Positions 54,801 to 64,000 of a stretch of 64,000 nucleotides of DNA are shown piece after piece. Source of the stretch: Vicugna vicugna (lineage: Eukaryota); NCBI GenBank assembly GCA_013265495.1, contig MU059330.1:14145980-14209979 (forward strand). Reading direction: 5' to 3'. Position 1 is the first letter of the stretch; every line of letters begins with the position of its first letter. Both the position numbers and the translations under genes were made by a program. Under the pieces are notes generated by a model, which was not told where the DNA came from, made no database searches, and worked only from the letters and a program-made list of their open reading frames with translations.

Positions 54801-57800
54801 GCCTGCTGTCCCCGGTCCTCGGCATCAGCTGGCCCTGCATGAGGCCCCTCCAGCCACGGCCTGGCTCTGTGACCTCGCTCTGGCCCCTCTCCCTGGTCTC
54901 TGTGCACCAGCAACGCCTGCTTTCCTGGGTCAGCCTGGACCCCACCCCCTGCTGGGCAGGGCCCTTCAGACATGGTGTGTTTAGGCCACAGGGTTTTCTA
55001 GAAGCTTGGAGAAGCAGAGGCAGAGAGTCAGCCTAAAGTCCTGCACTCCTGACCCCGGGGGACCTTGTGCAGCAAGTCCTCGGCCCAGTGCGGCCTGGTG
55101 CCCTCGACCCGGCCCCTCGAGTACCTTTTCCAGAAAGTCCTCCAAGCGGCAGGTGTCCAGGTGGAGCCCAGCCGCCCACTCAGGCCGGGAGGTGTTCAGG
55201 CGGGCGAGGACAGCCGCGTAGTCGTCCCTGGAGATGCTCTGGTCGGGGAGATCGAAGGCGTTGATGAGACGGAGGATGTTTCTGCAGGGCGGGGAGGCCT
55301 GGTGAGTGGACACCTGTGGGGCCGGCAGCGGGGAGCTGCCCGTTGGCCTCGTGCACTCGCAGGGAGAGAAGGCTGGTCCAGCCCCAGAGGGGCCCCAGGC
55401 TGGAGGGGACACTCCCTGAGGGTACGCACTGGGCTGTGCCGCTTCCTGCCTCCCTGAATTTGGGCCCCCGGCCAGCACTGGAGAGCCCCCCCAGGCCAGG
55501 TTGTGGGCGGTGGCCCCAGGTCTGCACGCCTGCACTGTCTTGGACCTCACGGCTCAAACACCATGGGGGCTTCCCTGTTTGCCGATTCGCCTGCCTGCTA
55601 GATGTGTCTGTAACCTCGACTCCAGTCCCTGCGGCATCTGAGGGCACTTGCGGACTTGTCCATCGCGCACGTCCCCTCCGGGGGCCCCGGGACGCTCCGC
55701 CTTGTCTCAGCTGGAGCCGCAGACGAGCGCCTCATGGTTGGAGCTGCGGTTCTCAAATTCCTGTGCTTTTTGTTGGTTTTGCTGTTTAATTTCTGTCCAG
55801 TGTTCTAAATGCAGCAAGAAGGCGGTGATGCCACCCACAGAAAACTCCCGAGGGGCTTTGTTCAGGCCAGGGGTACGTGCCGTGGGGGGAGCCTGGCCTC
55901 AGCGGATGAACAGACTTGTTCGCTGGGCGTCTCCGTGGAGGCAGCTGGGGGCCTGCTCCCCCGTAGGGGTTGCACTGTGCACCGGGCGTGGCCTCTGCAG
56001 CCTCTCTGGAACATTGTGAGAGGTGCGTGCCTCAGCAGCTCAGCCGAGCGCGGTTAGAACGGGTATCTCGGCTCTCTGTGACACGGTGCTCACTCCGTGG
56101 GGCCGTCCCGGGCACTGTGGACGTCAACGGCACCCCGGGGGACACTCTTATGCACTGTGATGGGTTCTACCCAGGAAAACACATCTGGTAGGCCAGGCCG
56201 GGCCGTCGAGCGCACAGCTCCAAGCGTGGGGTCCTCCTAATGCCTCGGCTCCCGGGGCTGTTGTGACAAATGCCCCCGGACGGGGGGCCTTGAAACAACA
56301 GGAGTTCCTCCTTCCACAGCCCCGCGGCTGGAAGTCCGAGACCCAGGTGTCCAGGGCTGCGCTCCTGCCAGAGGCTCCAGGGGAGGGTCGTTCCTGCCTC
56401 TTCCAGCCTCCGGGGCCCCAGGCGTCCGTGAGCTGTGGCTTCGACCCTCCAGCCTCTGCTTTGTCTCACGTGGCTTCTCATCCTGCCTGTGTCCCTTTCT
56501 GTCCGATCAGGACACCAGTCATTGGACAGGGGACTCAGCCTGCCCAGACTGACCTCATCTGCCAGAGACCTGTTTCTATTCCAGGTTCTGGACAGACCCT
56601 CCACCCGCTGCCCTGGGGAAGGTCGTCTGTGGGCCCCAGTGCAGCAGGCCCCGTGGTGGGGCCATGATCGGGGGACACCTGGCCCCAGACCCGGAGGGCA
56701 CCGTGCTCACCCGTCCAGGCAGCGCCCGTGGTCGTTGGCAGCCTTGAACCCCAGGACGGAGAAGACAGCAATGGACGCGTACAAGGAGGTCATGCTGTTG
56801 ACCAGGGCGATGGCCACCGCGTCCCTCTCACAGTTGTTCCTGGGGGACATGCACGTGTGTGGCCCTGTGTGCCCAGAGACCCCACCTCCAAACCTCGAGA
56901 CGACTCAGGGATCACACCTCCACACCCTGGACGCCCCCACTCTTCTCTACACCGGGGCCTGCCTGTGCTCCACCCGGAACTCGGACGTCTCAGTCCCCGC
57001 CCTGCCAACCCCTCCCCGGGGGCCCCAGCTCGGGGTGCTGCTGGTGTAACACACTCAGCCCCCCATCTCCCAGGGCCTCGGGGAGCTGAGGGCGAGGGTG
57101 GGGCAGCTGTGGGTCTCACTGGGATTGTCTCCAAACGAGAAACACACACAAGCTGCCATTCAAGGGAGTCCAAGCAGAAACGCACTGAAGCCCCCGGGGG
57201 CCCGACCCCCACGCCTGAGGCCCCTGCCACCAGCCCCTGCACCCCCGCCTGCCCTACCACCCTCAGACAACCCCGGGGAAGTGGTTTAAGGGCATGCCTG
57301 CCGGCACCCTGGGGTTCGTGACACGGTCACGCTTGGGTCCTCGGCCTGTTGGTCTCATAGAGCAAGTCTGCAGCTCCCGCAGGAGAGGCGGCGGCCTGGC
57401 GTCTACGTGACCAGGAGGCTGACGCAGCCGTGGTGCTGCTCCTGTGGCCACGAGCATCACGCACCGGCCGGAGCACAGGGAAGGCCTCACTCCTGGGCTT
57501 GACCCCCCGGGCTCTCCTCCTGCAGCTGGCTCGGACCGAGCTGGAAGCGGCCCCGCCTCCCAGCCCTTGGGGAAGACTCAGGAATCGCCTGTTATCAGAA
57601 GCTCACCTCTGGCCGCCTCCACCCGGGCAGGACTTCCCGACAGAGAAGGGCTTTGTGTGTCTGAGCATGATCCCCGCCCAGCCCGGCCCTACCTTGGCGG
57701 GTTGTAACTTGCAAAAGCGATGTGTCCTCCGAAGGCCAGGGACAGAGAGAAGAATATCTGGGTGGCGGCGTCCAGCCACACACGGGGGTTCCGGAGGACC

Positions 57801-60800
57801 TGCATCTGGAGTGAGATGGGAAGGCCCGTGGCCAGCAGACAAGCCACCCTGGCCCGGTCCCTCCCGTTCCAGAACGTTCCCAAAGTTCTGAGTCACGCAC
57901 TCAGGCCCCAGGAACAGTCCAGGACCATACGTGGAGCAGACACAGCCACCCGAGCCACCTGTTGGTGACGTGTGATGACCCCTGGTCCCGTCCACTCAAG
58001 GCCCTGAGAGCCTGGGGGCAGACCTCCCGGGGTGGGAGATGGGTCTCAGTGGCTGGGGCTTAACTGTGTTTGCTCTGTTCCTCTCAGACCTGGGGTTTCC
58101 AGGACCTGAGAGCCGGGTGGGCCCCGAGCCGAGAGTGCCTGGCGCTACTGCTGGCTCAGGCAGACCTGCGCTGGCTGCCACACCTGGCCCCTTCCCTTCC
58201 CCTGGGGGCTCTGCCTGCAGGGCTGGCTGGGCAGCCCCTGGGGTCCCGCAGACTGTGGACCGGTCCCGAAAGGGTACCGGCTCTAGTGGGCAGGCCCCTT
58301 GGCCCTGTGGCTCCCCACCTGGCGGGTCATGCTGCTGGACAAGGCCCTCAGAGATGCAGGGTCCAGGTTGCTAGGGGTGGGGCATCTGGGTCCCCAGCTG
58401 GCCTCTCCCCTGAACCCCCTCTTTTACAGTGGTCCCCAATCTAGACCGAGTCCTCCTCCTGCTCCCTCCCCTCCGAACCCGACCCCTGAGACCCCAGCCA
58501 CCTTCCTTGTGGCCACGTCTCTGCTCCCACAGCCAGGGGTTGGGACGAACTGGGCGGGGCAGTGGCCCCACCGCATGTGCTCCCTGAGCCTGGCCCGGGG
58601 GAATGTGGAGTCAAGACTCACGTCCGGAGTGAACAGGTAGACCAGCCCTTCGGTGGCCCCGGGCAGGGTGAGTCCCCTGATGAGAAAGATCGTCAGGACC
58701 AGGTACGGGAACAAGGCTGTGAAATAAATTGCCTAAAAGAAGGGCAACTGTTAGACTTTCCTGTGTGCCTGTTCCGTGTGAAACCTCGAGAGAGTCGGGC
58801 GGGACCCACTGTGACGTCGTTCCCGTGGGATTGGGGCCAAGACAGCGGGCTCTGTGCAAGCTCGGAGGGTTTGGGGCTCCCTGAGGTGCTCAGGCGCACC
58901 GATGCCCAGTGGGGTCCACTGAGCTGGGCGGTGGGCTCCCCAGGGCGGGCGGCTTCCCCTGGTCCAAGGTCAGGCTCTCGCGGCACCAATGCCTTTTCCT
59001 GCCGCCCCCAGGCTCCCAGCTGGCCGCTCCGCAGGGGCCATGGGCCGCTCGCCTGCCTGCCCCTCCCCTGCGGCAGGACCCGGCCCAGCTCTGTCAGGGT
59101 TGGGGAGGGGTCTGCGCACACGGTGTCTGCAAAAATGGGGGCTCTCCCCTCGCTGCCCCAGGCCCCAAAGGCAGACGGACGCGATGCCCCTCCGGGGACT
59201 CTCGTCGCAGCAGTGTTTGGGGTTTCTGGCCGGCTTGCTGCGGCTGCTTCAGAAACTGCCACCCTCGCAATCAAGCGTGGAGCCCTCATGTGAGAGTGAC
59301 GCCGCCCCCACGGTAACCGAGCAGAAGCACAGGGGCACTCGGACCCACAAACCTCCACGACCCCAGATCGGGGGCCTGGCCTGGAAACGTATGGAACTTC
59401 GTCCCAGTCACTTAAAGGACTGACACACAAGACACTGGACGTATCCAAGCCCAGAGAGAGAGGGTGGGGAGCCCCGAGAAGCCCGCTGGGAGCTGCACGC
59501 GCAGACTCCTCTGGTGCCTTCTGCTGGAAGCCACGTAACTGGCAATGTGTTCTTTCTTATCATCCAAGTCTCTTTAAAAGATAATCAACTGCTTAAAACA
59601 AAAATGCTAAGAAAGCACTTGCTGTTTGTCACACGTGAGCAAAATGCACGTCAACAGCACGGACACCGGGTGGGGGTGGGGCTGTGATGCCGAGAGCGGC
59701 CTCTGCGTGGTGAGTGGCGCAGCCTCACGGGGGGACGACCGTGATGCTCTGCCCCCAACTCAGCCACCCGGGTAACAGAGTCCCAGCTAGCAAGCAAAGG
59801 ACACAGCGTGGGGTCAAAAGAGTGCTCAGGAAAAGAGCGGGACAGGAGCGGAGAACAGAGGGGACAGGCAGAAGTCAAGCCCGTGACGGCAGGCTAACCC
59901 CACCCTGACCGGTCAGCACATTGCACGTAAATGGTCTAAACACCCCCGGCAAAAGGCGAGGACGGTCACACGGAGCGAAGACGCAAGACGCAACCACACA
60001 CTGTCCACAAAACCGCAGTAACCACAGAGATCCAAGAAACTTCACAGAAACGCAGTGGGAAAAGCTGCACCAGGTTGACCTAGTCAGAGGAGGCTGGCAC
60101 AGCAGCTTCAACGCCCTGTGGGCTCGCGAGCCGACTGTCACCAGGACGCGGAGGCTCACCTCCCAGGGACAACGGCATCAGTTCTCAAGGAGACCCGGCA
60201 GCCCCGAAGTCCACGCCCCTCCTGGCTGAGCCTCTAAATTCCTGAGGCCAAGGAGGACCCAAACGGAGAGGCGTCCCCTGGAGCTGGAGGGACCTGCGGT
60301 GCGGGGTCTGCCCGGCAGGCTCTCACCTTCCCGGTGGTCTCGATGCCTCTGATGACACACAGGTACAGGACTGCCCAGGAGGCCGCCAAGCAGACCAGCA
60401 GCTGCCACTGGACGGAGCCGCTGTCACTGATGTCGGCCGTGATGTTCAGCGTCTGCCGGTACCAGAAGTAGCTCACGGCGCTGCTGTCCCGGCACTCCTC
60501 CACCAACCCTGGGACGGGGGGCCGTCACGAGCTGGCCACAGGCCACAGACGGCCTGTCCTGGGCACCCGGACAGGCCCCACAGCACCCGAGTGAGCGGCA
60601 GGGAGGCTGGCCACCCTGGTGATGCCCTCCGTGCCTTCGCTGCCCCGAGCACCCAGCTCTGGCCTGCAGGGCTGGCATGGGGATGGGGCCCACCGCCCAG
60701 GCCCCCAGGGCTGGCCTCCTCCAGCACGTGCCAACCAAGCTTGTGTCAGCCAGACACAGGGAGGGAAAGAGGTCAAGCTGGCTTCAGGGGCAAATTGAAA

Positions 60801-61953
60801 ACCTGGACTGTGTCCCACGTCTGGGAGGTCCCCCCAGATGGAGCCCTTGGCTGGGGTTGCCACTGGAAGTCTTAATTCAGGGAGAGCAGCCACCCTGTCC
60901 CTCACCCTCTGGTCACCAGGCACACGACGGCTGCGAGGCCCCAGGTGCCGCTCTGTGAAAGAATGGAGTGACTGGGGCCCTGGGTCCCACAGTGAGTGAA
61001 CGGACAGCAAACGGTGACGAGGCCCCGTCGCCCTGCCCGGGAGTGTACCTGTGCGGTTGAGGTCCAGTGGGCAGGCGCTCCAGGGCAGCGGGTGCTGGAA
61101 GGAGTTGAGGAGGTACCAGAGCACCCACGTCAGGATGGTGTTGTAGTACAGGCTGACCAGGAAGGACACGGTGAGGCAGCCCAGCCCTGCAGGCCCGCCA
61201 CAGTCAGCGCTTCCCTCCCGGGGAAGCACCGTCCTCACGCTCACCGGAAGGGGCTCCCGCTGCCCACCCACTGGTCTACATCTGGCCGCACCCCTCCACC
61301 AGCGACCCATCATTTCCCTGGCCATGCGGTGCCTTTTCAGCCAGGTCTCAGCCAGGCCACAGCCGGGCCAGAGCTGGCCTCTGCACCAGCCATCTAGGCT
61401 GTTTCCGGGGTTATCAGATGGCCTGCAGCCACCTGGGTGTGTGACAGGCCTGGACGGTGACACTCAGACCCCCTTACAGCAGCTCCCACCTCAAGGGCAC
61501 GTGGGGAGTGGGGTCTGCCCTCTGTCCCCCTGCCATGACCTCCCAGGACACGTGGGCTCAGCACCGCAGGGGGACGGGCTGGGCAATTCGGCACAGCCCA
61601 CTGCCTCTGCCTCCTGTGCCCTGAGCTCAGCGGCAGCGCCCTGCTCCCAAGTCTCCCCACCCCCGGGGCCCGTGCGCCTGTCCATCCAGGCTCCTCCTGC
61701 GTCTGCGGGCTCTAAACCACAGGAGGTGCACCGTCGTGGCAAGCGCACATGTCACACGTAAATGCAGCCCCACCCCCAGGAGCTGCGGGTGGGGCCAGAG
61801 GGAGGCGCGTACCTACTCCGCCCAGGTAGGGCGAGATGGCCATCCACACCCCGATGCTGCCCCTGCGCAGGCGCTGGCCGATGGCGAGCTCGATGTGGAA
61901 GAGCGGGATGCCCTCGAAGACCAGGGCAATGAGGTAGGGGATGAGGAAGGCCC
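51687..61953 (-). CDS. SLC6A18: SLC6 neutral amino acid transporter B0AT3 (XT2), coding exons 2-12; exon 1 outside the window
   Basis: Minus-strand exons 61953-61813, 61186-61049, 60508-60327, 58732-58622, 57805-57693, 56839-56711, 55281-55125, 54535-54331, 54003-53844, 52841-52679, 51878-51687. All GT-AG; 1691 nt open from phase 1. Peptides ([21 protein letters not shown]) and position next to the TERT 3' end fit SLC6A18 rather than SLC6A19. Confidence 0.94.
52679..52841 (-). CDS. SLC6A18: SLC6A18 exon 11
   Basis: [54 protein letters not shown]. Confidence 0.95.
53844..54003 (-). CDS. SLC6A18: SLC6A18 exon 10
   Basis: [54 protein letters not shown]. Confidence 0.95.
54331..54535 (-). CDS. 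SLC6A18: SLC6A18 exon 9
   Basis: [54 protein letters not shown]...KELLT. Confidence 0.96.
55125..55281 (-). CDS. SLC6A18: SLC6A18 exon 8
   Basis: [25 protein letters not shown]...CRLEDFLEK. Confidence 0.95.
56240..56640 (-). mobile_element. MaLR LTR (MLT1 family) in SLC6A18 intron 7
   Basis: ggggctgttgtgacaaat...ttgaaacaacagga...ggaagtccgagacccaggtgtc...aggacaccagtcattgga matches a reversed MLT1 consensus; boundaries approximate. Confidence 0.8.
56711..56839 (-). CDS. SLC6A18: SLC6A18 exon 7
   Basis: [42 protein letters not shown]. Confidence 0.95.
57693..57805 (-). CDS. SLC6A18: SLC6A18 exon 6
   Basis: [38 protein letters not shown]. Confidence 0.96.
58622..58732 (-). CDS. SLC6A18: SLC6A18 exon 5
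   Basis: [37 protein letters not shown]. Confidence 0.95.
59300..60200 (+). mobile_element. Old L1M remnant (inter-ORF region and ORF2 endonuclease start) in SLC6A18 intron 4
   Basis: gataatcaactgcttaaaacaaaaat inter-ORF-like; gtaaatggtctaaacacc (VNGLNTP) at 59927, homologous to 21100. Confidence 0.65.
60327..60508 (-). CDS. SLC6A18: SLC6A18 exon 4
   Basis: [31 protein letters not shown]...IRGIETTGK. Confidence 0.95.
61049..61186 (-). CDS. SLC6A18: SLC6A18 exon 3
   Basis: [46 protein letters not shown]. Confidence 0.95.
61813..61953 (-). CDS. SLC6A18: SLC6A18 exon 2
   Basis: [47 protein letters not shown]. Confidence 0.95.
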   Translation of the reverse strand, partial: GPSSSPTSLPWSSRASRSSTSSSPSASACAGAASGCGWPSRPTWAE

Positions 61954-64000
61954 CTGCAGAGACACGGTGGTCAGCGGGTGACACCCTCTGCCCCGGCCGG
62001 CCTCAGGCTGGAGGACGGGGCCGGGGCTGGGGAGAAGCACCCGTGGCTGCCAGAGACTGGGAGATGTGACCCCAATGTCGGGGCACCCGGTTTTCCGTTG
62101 TTTTAGGTGACTTGGCGGCTCCCACCTCCAGTGCTTTGGTGGCAACTTTCATCCACAGACAGGCGGTGTGGTTCTCACTGAGACCCCGGGACCCCTGGTC
62201 CCGGTGCTCCTGGGACGGGGAGCTGGTCTGTTCATGGTGGAGACTTGCAGGAAGCAGACAGCCTCTCAAACGTCTCCCCAAGTTGGGGCAGGGAGCCGTC
62301 TCTCCACCCCTTCACCCAGTGGGACGCTGGGTGTGGACACGGCCGTAGTGGGTGAGGGCGTTGCAGTCCCCAGGAGGGAGCATGCGCTGACCGATGGAGG
62401 GAATCCAATGGAAGGGCAGGCAGAGACAGCGGCTGCCTTTCTGCACCGCAAGCCAGTGTGGATGGAGCAGGTGCTGGGAGGTGGCAGGACCTGGCCTCCT
62501 CGAGCCCACAGAGCCCGGGCCGCGACCTGGGAGGCCTGCTGGGCAGAGGCTGGTTCCCGCACTGTCGGGAAGGGAGCTCAGCCCCCAGAGCGGAGCTGGC
62601 GGTGTTCGCGTCTCCGTCCGTCCCCAGGGTCCACGCTGCAATTGGAAATGGAAGTCCTGCCCTCCAGGCACCCTCAGTCCACGTGCTTCAGGCCAAGGCG
62701 TGTGGGCACTTAGGTGCTCCAGGCCCGGCAGCTGTTCCCAACCTACACCCACGTCCGGCGACACCAGGGAGCAGACTTCTAGGCCCCTTGACCGAGGACA
62801 GCGGCTGAAGCAGGCGCCATCTCTCCTGTGCTGTCCATGGGATGCTTGGCTCTCTCTTAGGGCTGTTTCCACAAGCCCCAGGCCCCTGGGATTTCGCCAG
62901 CACATCCTCCTGCTGGCTTTCCTGACACTGAGTCGGGGCCCTGGAGAAAGCAGGTGGCCTTGGGCCCTTGGCCCAGGTCGGCCTCTGCACAGGGCTCCGG
63001 GGCCAGTGTCTGGGGCACATGTGCTCGTGGGTGTCTCTTATACAGCAGCAGAAAAGCAAAGCCATCTTAAAGGACAAACTTGAATTCTGGAGGGTCTCAA
63101 CTTCGATGGACATGCTGGACACCCAGGGACAGCCACCCAGGGAAGGCGGGACACCTGTGGGCTGGGCTTGGAGCTGGAGGAGTGGGAGCCCCTGGGGAGG
63201 GGGTCGGCCACAGGCCTGGGGTCCAAGGCCCAGAGGGAGGAGCCCTCTCCAGCCTGCCCTCTTCCTTCCCACCCACCTCCGTCCTACACTGTGGGGCCTT
63301 GTGATCTCCCAGCCGCCCTCGGGCCTCAGGGCGCACACCTGCAGCGTGGCGCGGACAGACATGAGATGCCCACACGGGCCTTGTAAGTGCGCGCCCGGCC
63401 AGCCTTCAGGCAGGGCCTGAGTCCCAGCATTTGATCCAGTGTCTGAAAAGGCTGCAGCCTCCGCGCTGACTGTCCCTTGGCCCCGTGACCCCTGCTCTGA
63501 GGGGAAGGCCCCAGGCGGACGGGTCTCAGGCCGGGGCCAGAGGGGCTGGCTGAGGTCCGTATGGCAGGGACCACCCAGGGGAAAGATCTCGGGGTGGGGA
63601 GGGGGTTCTCCTGTGACTGGATCACCATGTCTGGGGAGAAAAGGATGAGAGGCATTTCTGTGATCACAAGACTGAAGCCTTGGGGAGGAGCGTCCACCCC
63701 AAGTGCCGGTTACGTGTTAGCCCAACAGGACAGCCGTGTGGACACTGGGCTGTTGAGGGGGGGCTCAGAGGACTGTCCCCTCCAGTGTGGGCACCTGCTT
63801 CCCTGAGTGGACGTCACACCATAAAGGCGTTTCTGCAGGACAAGGAGGAAGGAGGAGCATCGCCCACGGGGTAGGAAGGTCCGTGCACCTCCGAGTGCAG
63901 CCCGTCAGGGCAGCTCAGAGCAGGGGTTCACGACAACTCGTGACGTTCTGATGAAGCAAGAAATACCCATGTGGTCTTCGCCCTGTCCTGGCTCACAGCT

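Noticed and set aside
61954-64000. SLC6A18 exon 1
   Set aside because: No W-D-N-K...GLGN.WRFP coding sequence found on the minus strand; exon 1 must lie beyond the window
1-64000. Interstitial telomeric arrays, telomerase RNA, CRISPR or rRNA
   Set aside because: Only isolated TTAGGG hexamers; no arrays or recognisable RNA genes

Overview
Mammalian genomic DNA, GC-rich, containing the conserved CLPTM1L-TERT-SLC6A18 block. CLPTM1L (+, 17 coding exons, 5665-18122, 534 aa) and TERT (+, 16 coding exons, 28584-46813, 1133 aa) are complete. SLC6A18 (-, coding exons 2-12, 61953-51687) has an intact frame, but its exon 1 lies beyond the window. All introns are GT-AG and the exon phases sum to open frames. 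The species is inferred to be a camelid from two tRNA-Ala-derived vic-1-type SINEs. The rest is old L1 and MLT1 remnants, two CpG islands, one microsatellite and one 18-N gap. I found no new multi-gene system. The best leads are sequence-level and unverified: (1) potential frame-switching splice features in TERT (90-nt open intron 1, duplicated exon-2 donor, two candidate poison exons, SINE-borne polyA signals); (2) a TERT promoter with a duplicated Sp1/ETS module and apparent loss of proximal E-boxes, alongside dense E-box/CLEAR/CRE clusters in introns 11 and 13; (3) a hairpin with a miR-17-family seed 4.6 kb upstream of TERT; (4) a UGA-CGG readthrough-type TERT stop. Comparisons with human sequences are from memory and need alignment.
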